Notes: generated by a model from the letters alone, not told the origin. 61,994 bases of DNA from an uncultured Bacteroidia bacterium (GCA_938006875.1 CALLMJ010000090.1:1-61994); one strand, 5' to 3'; numbered from the stretch's first letter, positions 28,855 to 39,165 are shown. Numbers and translations are program-made.

Positions 28855-30456
28855 TTAATGAAAAAATTTCTTTACAACTTTTTGATTTTTAGTTTGTAAA
28901 TTTAAAATGTAAATACCTTTTGGATACGACCATTCAAACTGTGTTTCATAACAATTAAGATTTTTTTCGTAAAGTAATTTTCCTTGTAAATCAAAAATTT
29001 GAACATGTTGCATTAAATCTTGGCTTTTTAATTGGTAATTTTGTTCATTTAAGGGAATAAGATAGATATCGGAAGTATTTTTAAATGATTGGGAAGCTAC
29101 AGCATTAATATTTGTACTTTGAGCGGAATCAACTCTTACAATCCATAAATCGGATCCACCGTTGTTCAATTTGAGAAAACCATCATTGGAAAAAGATTTA
29201 CCAATTGCTACTACGGAATTAACATTCAAAACTTCAATTCCTAAAATGATTTCGTTTAAGGAACCACCGCAACGGTATTTCCATACAATATTACCTGAAG
29301 AATCGGTTTTAAGAAACCAAAAATCCTGTAACCCAAAACTTACACCCGCAGCGTCGTTATCTGTACTTCTAGTAAATGCACCGATATACAAATTATCAAG
29401 AGAATCTTTTTTTGCGTCAAAAGCAAAATCCCAGTTAGTTCCACCATAATTTTTATTCCATAAAACGTTTCCCTGAGCGTTACATTTAATAATCCAGACA
29501 TCACCATTTCCACCATAATAGCTACTGACAATTGAGCCAGTACCCATAAGCCTTCCGATTAAATAAAACTCACCATTACCAGCATCTACAATATTTCCAA
29601 TAGCATCACCACCATTAGAACCTACTTTTTTAGACCATATGACATTTCCATTGTTATCAATTTTTTCATAGTGAATATCATCAGAATTAGGGTCATTGAA
29701 ATTAGGGCTTGTATAACCTGCGGCAATAAATCCAGAACCATCAGAAAGTTCAATTACTCTAAAAAAGTTATCTAAATAGTTTTGTGAATTACTATCTGGA
29801 CCTAAATAGGTTTTACTCCAAATACGATTTCCATTGTTAGGATTTACTTTAATAATCCATGATAAACCTAATCCTGTTCCTTGTAAATCTCCATTACTAG
29901 AAATACTTTCCCCGACTGCTAAAAAGTTACCATCAGAAGTTAAGATTACGTCATACAAATAATCTGCGTCAGTGCCACCGTATCTTTTAAACCAAACTAT
30001 AGCACCATTTGCGTCTAATTTTAGTAAAAAGCCATCGGAACTTCCTTTGGAATTGGTAAAATCATTAGAATTAGACGTAGTACTACCGGCAATAACACAT
30101 CCTCCATCATTCAAAGCTAAAATTTTATAAGCTCTTTCATAATCATTTCCTCCAAAACTTTTAGTCCAGAGGGTATCTCCTTGTAAGTTTAATTTAGTTA
30201 CATAAATGTCTTCAACACCATAGTTAAGCAATAAATCTCCATCATTGGATTGAGAGGAAGAAGCAGCAAAAATAAAATTTCCATATTTAGAGATTGAGGC
30301 GCCAGGAGAGCCAAGATTGTTGGGTAGAGTTAGTCCATTGGCTTCATTGAGAGTTCCTCCGAGAGTTTTTGTCCATATTGTATCTAATTGAGCCTGTAAG
30401 ATATTAAATTCAAAAATAAATAAACAAACTAATACAAAATTCTTTAAATTAAGCAT
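28855..30456 (-). CDS. secreted beta-propeller-repeat protein with T9SS type A C-terminal sorting domain
   Basis: 533 aa with a signal peptide. Repeated ..W.K.YGG...D...... units (SBBP-like). The C-terminus (GIYILNLQTKNQKVVKKFFH) is CTD-like. Confidence 0.8.
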   Translation of the reverse strand: MLNLKNFVLVCLFIFEFNILQAQLDTIWTKTLGGTLNEANGLTLPNNLGSPGASISKYGNFIFAASSSQSNDGDLLLNYGVEDIYVTKLNLQGDTLWTKSFGGNDYERAYKILALNDGGCVIAGSTTSNSNDFTNSKGSSDGFLLKLDANGAIVWFKRYGGTDADYLYDVILTSDGNFLAVGESISSNGDLQGTGLGLSWIIKVNPNNGNRIWSKTYLGPDSNSQNYLDNFFRVIELSDGSGFIAAGYTSPNFNDPNSDDIHYEKIDNNGNVIWSKKVGSNGGDAIGNIVDAGNGEFYLIGRLMGTGSIVSSYYGGNGDVWIIKCNAQGNVLWNKNYGGTNWDFAFDAKKDSLDNLYIGAFTRSTDNDAAGVSFGLQDFWFLKTDSSGNIVWKYRCGGSLNEIILGIEVLNVNSVVAIGKSFSNDGFLKLNNGGSDLWIVRVDSAQSTNINAVASQSFKNTSDIYLIPLNEQNYQLKSQDLMQHVQIFDLQGKLLYEKNLNCYETQFEWSYPKGIYILNLQTKNQKVVKKFFH

Positions 30457-30472
30457 ACAAATTAATTTTATG

Positions 30473-30480
30473 CAAACTTA
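30473..30480 (-). promoter_or_regulatory. -7 box (TAnnTTTG)
   Basis: TAAGTTTG on the minus strand, 16 nt before the ATG at 30456. Confidence 0.45.
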
Positions 30481-30606
30481 CAATAAAAAATGAGAAAAGT
30501 CAAGACAAAAAATATGAATTCAGATTATTTGAATAAGAAACATAATTGATTAGCTTGTTATACTAAAAACTGGCTCAATCACAATCACAAATTTAAAATA
30601 AAATAG

Positions 30607-31023
30607 TTATCTTATTTCAGGATGTGCTAATTGACCACCATAATAAGAAGCAATAAAAAGGGATATTAATAACAAAATTAAAGTTCCCCAAGTAAGTTTT
30701 TTTGCCCATGAAAATTTTAATGCTATGCCATGAATAAAAGCATTTATAAAGCCTAATTTTACTGCAAGTTCTCCCCATTCTTCATGATTATGCATAAAAG
30801 AGCCGTCGGTATCTTGTAAGTATGTCGCAACTTGATGCTCGGTTTGGTGTCCTGAAAAGTTTAGGACTAACATAATCATTGCAAAAAGCGTTTGTATCCA
30901 AAAAGCAACTTTGGGTTCTATGTCATGTTTTTGATAATTCTTGAATAATCTTATACCTACGTAAAAAAAACAAGAATATAAAGCAAAATGATTAACAACT
31001 AAATGAATATGAGCATATTTCAT
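30607..31023 (-). CDS. small His-rich integral membrane protein
   Basis: 138 aa with about 4 predicted TM helices. Histidine clusters (HQTEHQ, MHNHEEW). Shares an ATGA overlap with the histidine kinase stop. Confidence 0.6.
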   Translation of the reverse strand: MKYAHIHLVVNHFALYSCFFYVGIRLFKNYQKHDIEPKVAFWIQTLFAMIMLVLNFSGHQTEHQVATYLQDTDGSFMHNHEEWGELAVKLGFINAFIHGIALKFSWAKKLTWGTLILLLISLFIASYYGGQLAHPEIR

Positions 31024-32945
31024 AATGGAAATTGTATATTAAATTTTGTACCATCCTGATTAAGAATTTGTAAATTACCTTTAATTTGTTTTACTAGTCC
31101 CAGAATCAAACGAAAACCTAAAGTTTGTTTTCTTTCAGGTTGAAAATCTGGAGGTAAACCTTTGCCGTTGTCACCAATAGTTAAGATACAAAAATTATCT
31201 TTTTGGTTAGCGTGAATAGATATAATTCTTTGATTTTCCACAGAATCAAAAGCATATTTTATAGCGTTTGAAATGATTTCATTGATTAAAAGTCCGCAGG
31301 GAACCACTTTATCTATATCAATAGTCATAGATTCGGATTGTAAATCAATATGAATTTGTTTTGAGTCAAGCCCATAAGTTTCTTTAAAATAATCTTTTAA
31401 ACCTTCTAAGTATTCTTTTAAATCAATGGAACGGAAATCTTGAGTTTGATAGAGTTTTTCATGGATTACAGACATTGCATAAATTCTATCTTTACTTTGT
31501 TTGAGTAATTCTTCAGCACTAATATTTTGTTGTTTCCCTTGAATATTTAATAAACTAGAAATAATTTGTAAGTTATTTTTTACTCGGTGATGAATTTCTT
31601 TTAATAAAAGTTCTTTTTCTTGCAATGATTTTTCAATAATTTGATTTTTTTGTTTTAAGATTTTCTGATTTTTTTGTTTATAGTAAATTAAAACAAAAGT
31701 TAGCAAGAGTATAAGCAATGTAAAACTAACAATAATTGCTAACCAAAAATTTGCATTTTTAACTTTTTCTTTTTCTAAAATTTCTATTTGATTTTGTTGT
31801 TCTAAAAGTTTGATTCTTTCTGCTTTATATGAATTATTGTACTGAGCTTCTAATTGGTCAATATATTGAGAAGTTTTTAGATTATTTAAAGAATCATAAA
31901 GTTTAAAAAATTCAGTAAAATTAGAATAAGCTTTTTCATAGTTTTTTTCAGAAGCATAAGCTATTGATAAATTATGGTAAGTTTGAGTTAAAATAGGACT
32001 TATATTTTTCTCTTTTAGTTCAGAAATAAGTTTTTCTAATTTTTGAATATCCAATTTATTTTTAGGAATATCTGAATTGGCAATATTTAAGTTTGTTTTT
32101 TGTAGATCAAGTTTTTGTACTCCGAGACTATCTTTAATTTCAAGATAAAATTTTTTTGCTTGAACATAGTAATAATTTGAAGAATCTTGGTTATTCAAAT
32201 AAAAATAGGTTGTAAAAAGGTTAGAAAAAGTATTGGCTTTTGATCTTTTATCTGTACTATTTTCTTTTAATTTGTTAGACTTTAAAAACAAAATTTTTGC
32301 TTGTTGGTAATTTCTATTTCTAAGTTCAATTTCTCCTAGATTATTATAAACGTGGGATTGACTAATAAAATCATTAATTTTTTGAGTAGAATCTAAAGCT
32401 TCTAAAAAATATTCTTGAGCTTTATCATACTTTTTTTGTATAAAATATAAACTTCCGATATTGTTTAAGAGGGTAATCGTTGATTTTGTATTTCCTTTCT
32501 TTTTCATAATATCAAGCCCTTTAAGAAAATAACTCATTGATTCTTTATAATCTCCCTGAACTCTGTAAGCATAGCCTAAATTATTGCAAACACCCGCCAC
32601 TGAAACCATATTATCAGTTTTTTCATAGTATTTTAATGCTTCTTTATAGCTATTAATAGCTTCATTATATTTCCCTATATTTTTATAACAAACCCCTTGC
32701 AAATTAAAAAATAAACCTTGCAAGTCAGAATCATCAAGGTCTAAAACTCTTGATTTAATATTTTGAGCTATTGATAATGCTTTTTTAGGAGAAATAAATC
32801 TCAACGAATCCATTTGATTGATACATATGGAAATAGAATCTAAGTCTTGACCGAGTAATATTCTAAAGTTTAATATTCCAAAACATAATATTACAAACTT
32901 GTAAACCAATTTTTTACAAGAGTATAATTTTTTGCTCTTATCCAT
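31020..32945 (-). CDS. TPR-repeat sensor histidine kinase (HisKA_2-type)
   Basis: 641 aa. Signal/TM segment, TPR repeats, a TM helix, H-box EIHHRVKNNLQIISSLL, and a HATPase_c domain (NAIKYAF, GDNGKGLP). Confidence 0.87.
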   Translation of the reverse strand: MDKSKKLYSCKKLVYKFVILCFGILNFRILLGQDLDSISICINQMDSLRFISPKKALSIAQNIKSRVLDLDDSDLQGLFFNLQGVCYKNIGKYNEAINSYKEALKYYEKTDNMVSVAGVCNNLGYAYRVQGDYKESMSYFLKGLDIMKKKGNTKSTITLLNNIGSLYFIQKKYDKAQEYFLEALDSTQKINDFISQSHVYNNLGEIELRNRNYQQAKILFLKSNKLKENSTDKRSKANTFSNLFTTYFYLNNQDSSNYYYVQAKKFYLEIKDSLGVQKLDLQKTNLNIANSDIPKNKLDIQKLEKLISELKEKNISPILTQTYHNLSIAYASEKNYEKAYSNFTEFFKLYDSLNNLKTSQYIDQLEAQYNNSYKAERIKLLEQQNQIEILEKEKVKNANFWLAIIVSFTLLILLLTFVLIYYKQKNQKILKQKNQIIEKSLQEKELLLKEIHHRVKNNLQIISSLLNIQGKQQNISAEELLKQSKDRIYAMSVIHEKLYQTQDFRSIDLKEYLEGLKDYFKETYGLDSKQIHIDLQSESMTIDIDKVVPCGLLINEIISNAIKYAFDSVENQRIISIHANQKDNFCILTIGDNGKGLPPDFQPERKQTLGFRLILGLVKQIKGNLQILNQDGTKFNIQFPL

Positions 32946-33658
32946 TGATCGTCATATTTTCTATTGAATGGGTAAATATAATGTTTTTTTTCAATATAAT
33001 GTAAATCTTGAAAAATATTACAACCCGCTGCTGTAACTAACTCACAATCTTCAAAAATGGGCAATGGATAGCATTCAAAAGGATTAATAATTTCAAAATC
33101 TGAATGTAAACTATATAAATTATTGATTTCTTCTTGGCTTCCAGCATGAATTATACACTTTTTATCTTTTACTATCCATTGTGAATTTTGCAAAACAGGT
33201 AGTTTTACATATAAATTTTTTGAAGCTACACTATTAATATATTCATTCATATATTCAGGTAACCATTCAATTTGCCAACTTTCATCATAATGAACCTCAG
33301 AAAAAACTCTACAAGAATCATAGTTTAGAATTCTGGCAATAACCACTTTAAAAAATGAAAAATCATTTAAAATAAAAGGTAATTCATAGAAAATTCCGTT
33401 AGCAAAAACATCAGTAATCCAAAAATCTGGGTTAAAACTATTAATAAAAGATTTTAATGTAAAGGTTAAATTTTGGATATTTTGAGGGTAAACCCATTGA
33501 ATTTGTAGGTTTTGATGTAAAAAATTAGGAACATTTTGGTAAGATGCAATAATAATAACATTGGCAGAATTGTATAGAGAATTCAATAATTGTGATAGTT
33601 TATAGGCTCTTGTAATATGCCCAAACCCACCACCTAAAGCATAAATAAGAAATTTCAT
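32891..33658 (-). CDS. GT28/MurG-like glycosyltransferase-fold protein (function unknown)
   Basis: The ATG at 33658 (MKFLIYALGGGFGHITRA...) lies 12 nt after a TACATTTG box. The track start at 33709 is a GTG. It has an N-terminal G-rich GGG.GH..R loop and a C-terminal ..DDQ..RA, reminiscent of MurG/PseG-type GT-B enzymes. The 3' end overlaps the kinase gene by 55 nt. Confidence 0.6.
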   Translation of the reverse strand: MKFLIYALGGGFGHITRAYKLSQLLNSLYNSANVIIIASYQNVPNFLHQNLQIQWVYPQNIQNLTFTLKSFINSFNPDFWITDVFANGIFYELPFILNDFSFFKVVIARILNYDSCRVFSEVHYDESWQIEWLPEYMNEYINSVASKNLYVKLPVLQNSQWIVKDKKCIIHAGSQEEINNLYSLHSDFEIINPFECYPLPIFEDCELVTAAGCNIFQDLHYIEKKHYIYPFNRKYDDQWIRAKNYTLVKNWFTSL

Positions 33659-33670
33659 AAAATTGATATG

Positions 33671-33678
33671 CAAATGTA
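33671..33678 (-). promoter_or_regulatory. -7 box (TAnnTTTG)
   Basis: TACATTTG on the minus strand, 12 nt before the ATG at 33658. Confidence 0.45.
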
Positions 33679-33709
33679 AAAAAATTTTTGTATTTTTAAA
33701 AACATCCAC

Positions 33710-33717
33710 TAATTTTG
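33710..33717 (+). promoter_or_regulatory. -7 box (TAnnTTTG)
   Basis: TAATTTTG, 28 nt before the rpsP ATG at 33746. Confidence 0.5.
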
Positions 33718-33745
33718 CGTTTTCAAAAAAGATGTACCCAAAAAT

Positions 33746-34213
33746 ATGGTTAAATTAAGATTAAGAAGGGATGGAAGGTCACATCGTCCATTTTATCATG
33801 TTGTAGCTGCTGATGCTCGTTCACCAAGAGATGGGCGTTTCATTGAAAAAATTGGTTATTATAATCCTATGCAAGACCCTGCAGAGGTAGTGTTAGATCA
33901 TGAATTAGCTTTAAAATGGTTAAAACAAGGTGCACAACCAACCGAAACCGTTAAGTCTTTACTTTCTAAGGAAGGAATTTTATTAAAATATCACTTAAGC
34001 AAAAAAGGTAAAACTTCCGAAGAAATAGAAAAAGCATTTCAAGATTGGAAAACTCAAAATGATGCTAAAAAAGAGTCTGCTTTAAAACAAATTCATGAAG
34101 CAAAATTAAAAGCTAAAGCTGAGCTTCTTGAAAAAGAAAAAGAAAAAAGAGCTAAAATTGAAGCTAGAATTCAATCTAAAAAATCTGCTCCCGCAGAAAA
34201 CACTGAATCTTAA
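33746..34213 (+). CDS. rpsP: 30S ribosomal protein S16 with Lys/Glu-rich C-terminal extension
   Basis: [41 protein letters not shown]. Confidence 0.95.
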   Translation: MVKLRLRRDGRSHRPFYHVVAADARSPRDGRFIEKIGYYNPMQDPAEVVLDHELALKWLKQGAQPTETVKSLLSKEGILLKYHLSKKGKTSEEIEKAFQDWKTQNDAKKESALKQIHEAKLKAKAELLEKEKEKRAKIEARIQSKKSAPAENTES

Positions 34214-34746
34214 TGCCTGAATATCAGGATTATTTTTTGGTTGCAAAGATTATTAAAATCCATGGTATCAAAGGTGAATTAAAAATCACTTTTGATGCTG
34301 ATGAAATTTCAAGATATATAAAACATGATGTTTTTTACATTGAAAAACATGGAATATTCTATGCTTTTCACGTTGAATATATTAAACCTTTTCAAAATGC
34401 TTTTCTAGTAAAATTTGCAGAAATCATAGATAGAAACGATGCAGAAAATTATCTCCATAAATTATTGTTCCTCCCCATTTCTGAATTGCCTACTCTGAAA
34501 GAAGATAACCAATTTTATTATCATGAAATCATTAACGCAAAAGTAATTGATGAAAATCATGGAGAAACAGGCGTTGTAAAAGAAGTTCTTGAAATGCCAG
34601 CTCAAGATTTGATTGTCATTTTATATCATAACAAAGAAATTTTATTACCAATCACTGACGAAACGATTATTAAATGGGATAAAAATAACCAAACGTTATA
34701 TACTAAATTCCCGAATGGTCTCAGAGAAATTTATTTAAATGCGTAG
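34213..34746 (+). CDS. rimM: 16S rRNA processing protein RimM
   Basis: 177 aa. G.I.K.HGIKGELK N-terminus and a PRC-barrel C-terminus. TAATG junction with rpsP. Confidence 0.85.
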   Translation: MPEYQDYFLVAKIIKIHGIKGELKITFDADEISRYIKHDVFYIEKHGIFYAFHVEYIKPFQNAFLVKFAEIIDRNDAENYLHKLLFLPISELPTLKEDNQFYYHEIINAKVIDENHGETGVVKEVLEMPAQDLIVILYHNKEILLPITDETIIKWDKNNQTLYTKFPNGLREIYLNA

Positions 34747-34775
34747 ATAATTTGTATTAGTTTGTAAAAAATCAT

Positions 34776-34783
34776 TATTTTTG
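34776..34783 (+). promoter_or_regulatory. -7 box (TAnnTTTG)
   Basis: TATTTTTG, 14 nt before the ATG at 34798. Confidence 0.45.
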
Positions 34784-34797
34784 GCAAACTAAACTTA

Positions 34798-35340
34798 ATG
34801 AAAAAATTTATCGGCTTTTTGTTTTTTATATTTTTATACAATGGTTTTATAAAGTGCCAAAATTTGGGATACAAAACGCACTCAATAGCCGCATTTAGTG
34901 AAATACAAACTATTCAATACCAAAATTTTAGCTTTGAACCTATGCTTCTTTATTTCTCCTGTGGATTACATCACAATTTAGACCTTATTACTTCTCATAA
35001 AAATTATGCTATCGGAATTAACCAAAGTTTAACCTTTGCAAATAGTATTCAATTTAAAAATGTTTATTTTTATGAGTATATCCCTTATTTATATGGTAGG
35101 ATAGGTTTTGTGGATAAAAATGATGAACATAGTTTAATTTGTATAAGAACCGGTATTGGTCCTAATTTTTACAGTGATTATGAAAGTATGGAAAGTTTTA
35201 GAGTAATCGTTATTCCTAATTATTTCTTTGAAACAATTTTAAATATTGGCAGGCCAATATTCTTCCGTTATCATCGTACATTTTTTCATAATGATAAAAC
35301 AAAATATGGACTTCAAATGGGTATAGTCTTTCCATTATAA
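34798..35340 (+). CDS. secreted hypothetical protein
   Basis: 180 aa. Signal peptide MKKFIGFLFFIFLYNGFIKCQ. TATTTTTG box 14 nt upstream. Confidence 0.55.
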   Translation: MKKFIGFLFFIFLYNGFIKCQNLGYKTHSIAAFSEIQTIQYQNFSFEPMLLYFSCGLHHNLDLITSHKNYAIGINQSLTFANSIQFKNVYFYEYIPYLYGRIGFVDKNDEHSLICIRTGIGPNFYSDYESMESFRVIVIPNYFFETILNIGRPIFFRYHRTFFHNDKTKYGLQMGIVFPL

Positions 35341-35361
35341 TGATTGCATTTCAAAATTACT

Positions 35362-35369
35362 TAAATTTG
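35362..35369 (+). promoter_or_regulatory. -7 box (TAnnTTTG)
   Basis: TAAATTTG, 23 nt before the ATG at 35393. Confidence 0.45.
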
Positions 35370-35392
35370 TAGTCATTTTAATTTTAAAATAA

Positions 35393-35800
35393 ATGATTTC
35401 TAAAATTGAGCATATTGGGATTGCTGTTCAAGATTTAAAAAAATCTACAGAATTATTTACTTTGTTGCTGGGAAAAACTCCTTATAAAAAAGAAATCGTT
35501 GAAAGTGAAGGAGTTGAAACAGTTTTTTTTGAATTAGGAGAAACTAAAATTGAACTTTTGGGCAGTATAAAAACGGATTCACCGATTGCTAAATTTCTTG
35601 AGAAAAAAGGAGAAGGAATACATCACATCGCTTTTGCAACTGATAATATTACAAACGAAATTAAAAGGTTACAAGAAAACCAGTTTCAACTTATTCAAAA
35701 TAACCCTAAAGAAGGAGCCGACAACAAAATAATTTCTTTTTTACATCCCAAATCAACTAATAGTGTTTTAGTTGAGCTTTGTATGGATAAATCCGAATAA
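35393..35800 (+). CDS. mce: methylmalonyl-CoA epimerase (VOC/glyoxalase fold)
   Basis: 135 aa. IEHIGIAV.D, GEGIHHIAF, and the family-typical length. Confidence 0.82.
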   Translation: MISKIEHIGIAVQDLKKSTELFTLLLGKTPYKKEIVESEGVETVFFELGETKIELLGSIKTDSPIAKFLEKKGEGIHHIAFATDNITNEIKRLQENQFQLIQNNPKEGADNKIISFLHPKSTNSVLVELCMDKSE

Positions 35801-35802
35801 AA

Positions 35803-36270
35803 ATGGCAAAAAAAAATAAAGATAAAAATTATAAACCCACTATTACTAACCGTAAAGCCTCTTTTGAATTTTTCTTTATTGAAAAATTTACTTGTGGAAT
35901 AGTTTTGACTGGTACAGAAATCAAGTCTTTGAGGGAAGGTAAAGCTCAAATTCAAGATGCTTATTGTTACTTTGATAAGGGAGAGCTTTATATCAAAAAC
36001 ATGGAAATTGCTCCCTATGAAATGGGTTCTTTTAGTAATGTTGAACCAAAAAGAGTAAGAAAATTGTTATTAAAAAAAATTGAGCTTCTACGAATTCAGC
36101 AAAAAATGGAAAAAGGTATGACTATCATTCCTATCAAAGTATTTTTTAATGAAAGAAATTTTGCTAAAGTAGAAATTGCACTAGCTAAAGGTAAAAAATT
36201 GCACGATAAACGTGAAAGTATTAAAGAAAAAGAAATGAAAAGAGATTTACAACGCATAAAAAAATCCTAA
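35803..36270 (+). CDS. smpB: SsrA-binding protein SmpB
   Basis: 155 aa. NRKA.F.F.I...F..GIVL.G.EIKS.R.G.....D.Y pattern. Confidence 0.93.
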   Translation: MAKKNKDKNYKPTITNRKASFEFFFIEKFTCGIVLTGTEIKSLREGKAQIQDAYCYFDKGELYIKNMEIAPYEMGSFSNVEPKRVRKLLLKKIELLRIQQKMEKGMTIIPIKVFFNERNFAKVEIALAKGKKLHDKRESIKEKEMKRDLQRIKKS

Positions 36271-36275
36271 AGAAT

Positions 36276-37481
36276 ATGAAAGAAAATGTTTTAGAACACA
36301 ATAAAGTAGATTTTCAAAATACGAGTATAGCTTTTGCATATAAAAATAATCAACAATTAAAAAAAAGTTGGTGGCTTTTTAAGAGTATGCAGTACTCCTG
36401 TTTAGTAAAAAATGGACCCAAATGGGTGAATTTAGCTTTAAAATTACATTTACCCATTGAATTTTTATTAAAAGATTTCTTTTTTAGTCAGTTTTGTGGA
36501 GGAACTTCTTTGAAAGATGTAAATCAAACGATTGAATTATTAGGGAAATATGGAGTTTCTACTTTGTTGGATTATGCAGTGGAAGGAGAAAAAACAGAAT
36601 CTGGCTTTGATAAATGTAAAGATCAACTCATAAAAACTATTGAATATGCTGCAAAAGATTCATTAGTTTGTGCTTCTGCTTTAAAAATTACGGGTATAGG
36701 AAGTTTTTCTGTTTTGGAAAATTATCAATCTGGAAAAATGTCTGATAGTGATAATTTAGCATTTACAAAAATTCTTCAACGATTAGACGAAATTTGCAAA
36801 AAAGCATATGATTTAAAACAAACCGTTTATATTGATGCTGAAGAATCTTGGATTCAAAATACTATTGATGAATTAGCAGAGCAGATGATGGAAAAGTATA
36901 ATCATGAATATCCTTGTGTTTATACTACCATTCAGTGTTATCGTCATGATAGATTAGGTTATTTCCAATCATTAATTCAAAAAGCAAAGCAAAAAGGATA
37001 TAAATTGGGCATAAAATTGGTTCGTGGAGCCTATTTAGAAAAAGAAAATCTAAGAGCTAAAGAAAAAAATTACCCATCTCCAATGAACCCCAATAAAGAA
37101 GCTACGGATAAATTGTTTAATTTATGTGCTCAAATTGCATTAGAGCATTTAGGGGATATTTGGTTATGTGCTGGTACTCACAATGAAGAGTCTTGCCAAT
37201 TGATTACCCAAGAAATGCAAGCTAGAAATATTGCTCCAAACGATGAAAGGGTATATTTTGCTCAACTTTTGGGAATGTCTGACCATATTTCTTTTAATTT
37301 AGCAAAAGCTGGATATAAAGTTTGTAAATATTTACCTTATGGACCTGTTGAATCAGTTTTACCTTATTTATTTAGAAGAGCTGAAGAAAATTCTTCTGTA
37401 AAAGGTCAATCAGGTAGAGAATTTTTGTTGATTGATAAAGAATTTAAACGAAGAAAAAGCAATCCTTTAAGTTTGTTTTAA
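36276..37481 (+). CDS. monofunctional proline dehydrogenase
   Basis: 401 aa. LDYAVEGE, VRGAYLEKE and a C-terminal RRAEEN are PRODH TIM-barrel motifs. Confidence 0.85.
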   Translation: MKENVLEHNKVDFQNTSIAFAYKNNQQLKKSWWLFKSMQYSCLVKNGPKWVNLALKLHLPIEFLLKDFFFSQFCGGTSLKDVNQTIELLGKYGVSTLLDYAVEGEKTESGFDKCKDQLIKTIEYAAKDSLVCASALKITGIGSFSVLENYQSGKMSDSDNLAFTKILQRLDEICKKAYDLKQTVYIDAEESWIQNTIDELAEQMMEKYNHEYPCVYTTIQCYRHDRLGYFQSLIQKAKQKGYKLGIKLVRGAYLEKENLRAKEKNYPSPMNPNKEATDKLFNLCAQIALEHLGDIWLCAGTHNEESCQLITQEMQARNIAPNDERVYFAQLLGMSDHISFNLAKAGYKVCKYLPYGPVESVLPYLFRRAEENSSVKGQSGREFLLIDKEFKRRKSNPLSLF

Positions 37482-37509
37482 ATTGAATTAAGTTAAAAAA
37501 TTTTATTTT

Positions 37510-38499
37510 TTATAAACCGAAGGCTTTGAATAAAAAGAAAGTGATAGCTGATACAATTGCAGAAGCTGGAATAGTAAAAATCCAGGCTTTTAGGATACTT
37601 CTTGCAACGCCCCATTTTACAGCAGAAGGTCTATTTCTTGCACCCACTCCAAAAATAGAACCTGTAATCGTATGAGTGGTAGAAACGGGTATTCCAAAAG
37701 AAGAAACACCAAATAAAGTTAAAGCCCCAGCAGTTTCTGCACAAACACCCTCAAAAGGTTTTAATTTTGTAATTTTTTCACCCATAGTTTTTACGATTTT
37801 CCAACCACCCATCATAGTACCAAGACCCATAGCAGAGTAACAAGCTAAAGCCACCCAACTTGGCATAGGATCATTTTTGGAAATTTCCCCAGAAACAATC
37901 ATAGCTGCGTAAATGATACCCATAGATTTTTGAGCATCATTACCACCATGTCCAATACTAAAAGATGCAGCAGAAAATAACTGCAAACCCCTGAACCATT
38001 TATCAATTTTACGGGGATGTCCTTTTTTAACAAATAAAATTACAATACCACTTATAATCCAAGCAAAAACAAAACCTATTATAGGAGCAACAAAAATAAA
38101 AGAAAATATTGTCAAAACATTAGTCCATTTAACAGAATCGAAACCTGCACCTACTAATGCGGCACCCATTAAACCACCAATTAAAGCATGAGAAGAGGAA
38201 GAAGGTATTCCTTGCCACCAAGTAAGTAAATTCCAGAAAATTGCTCCGACAAGTCCACTACCAATCACGGTTAGGCTAATGATATCAGGGTTAACAATAC
38301 CTTTCCCCACTGTTGCAGCGACTTTTGCTTCAAATAAAAAATAAGCCGCAAAATTAAAAAAACCTGCAAAAAAAACTGCTACAAAAGGGCTTAATACTCT
38401 TGTGGCTACAACCGTTGCTATAGAATTCGCTGCATCATGAAACCCGTTGATAAAATCAAAAATTATTACTAATGCAATAATTACAATCAAAAATGTCAT
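37510..38499 (-). CDS. inorganic phosphate transporter (PiT/PHO4 family)
   Basis: 329 aa polytopic membrane protein. Duplicated GFHDAANSIAT and GGNDAQK motifs. Confidence 0.9.
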   Translation of the reverse strand: MTFLIVIIALVIIFDFINGFHDAANSIATVVATRVLSPFVAVFFAGFFNFAAYFLFEAKVAATVGKGIVNPDIISLTVIGSGLVGAIFWNLLTWWQGIPSSSSHALIGGLMGAALVGAGFDSVKWTNVLTIFSFIFVAPIIGFVFAWIISGIVILFVKKGHPRKIDKWFRGLQLFSAASFSIGHGGNDAQKSMGIIYAAMIVSGEISKNDPMPSWVALACYSAMGLGTMMGGWKIVKTMGEKITKLKPFEGVCAETAGALTLFGVSSFGIPVSTTHTITGSIFGVGARNRPSAVKWGVARSILKAWIFTIPASAIVSAITFFLFKAFGL

Positions 38500-38509
38500 A
38501 AATTAAAAT

Positions 38510-39154
38510 TTAAGCGTTTTTGGCTAAAATGGTTTCAAAAACAATTGCTACGTTTTCTACGTAATCAACAGATTTTTCTAAATAACTGTAAATTTCTCTT
38601 TTTTTGAAAATTAAACCTACATTGGTCTCCGTATCAAAAAGTTCTGCAATTGCATGCTCATAACTATTATCAGATTCAAACTCTGCTTCTTTTAAGTTAT
38701 CAATTAATTTTTTCATTTTTTCACGGTCTTTTAAATCACGAAGTTCTATCATTAATTGGTGAATATCTTGTGAAATTTTTACTAAAATTTCAGCATGCTT
38801 TTGAATGTTAGGTAATTTAGGGGAAACCCTGTAAAGCATAATTCGTTTAGAGGTACCATAAATTGCATCTACTATATCATCAACCGCTGTAATTAAAGCA
38901 TGTATATCCTCTCTGTCTAGTGGAGTTAAAAAAGTAGCCAAAACTTCACGATAAGTTTCAATGGTAACTTCATCTCCAACTTGTTCTAAATGTTCAATTT
39001 TTTTATATAACTCATGCTGATGTGAGCCTTCTGACTGAATAAACTCTTGAAAAGTTTTGGAAATTACCATTAAATTTGAAGTGGCTTTTTCAAATAAAGG
39101 ATAAAATTTTTTTTCTTTTGGGGTTATTAGACCCGATATAAAATCAAAAATCAT
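38510..39154 (-). CDS. DUF47/PhoU-like Pit accessory protein
   Basis: 214-aa helical protein directly upstream of the Pit gene. The family-typical pairing and length support the call. Confidence 0.8.
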   Translation of the reverse strand: MIFDFISGLITPKEKKFYPLFEKATSNLMVISKTFQEFIQSEGSHQHELYKKIEHLEQVGDEVTIETYREVLATFLTPLDREDIHALITAVDDIVDAIYGTSKRIMLYRVSPKLPNIQKHAEILVKISQDIHQLMIELRDLKDREKMKKLIDNLKEAEFESDNSYEHAIAELFDTETNVGLIFKKREIYSYLEKSVDYVENVAIVFETILAKNA

Positions 39155-39165
39155 AAAATTTTTTG

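Noticed and set aside
35803-36270. Looked for ssrA (tmRNA) next to smpB, and for tRNA or rRNA genes anywhere in the window.
   Set aside because: I saw no T-arm GTTCGAATC-type sequence, no tRNA-like cloverleaf and no rRNA-like segment. The flanks of smpB are coding with 2-5 nt spacers.
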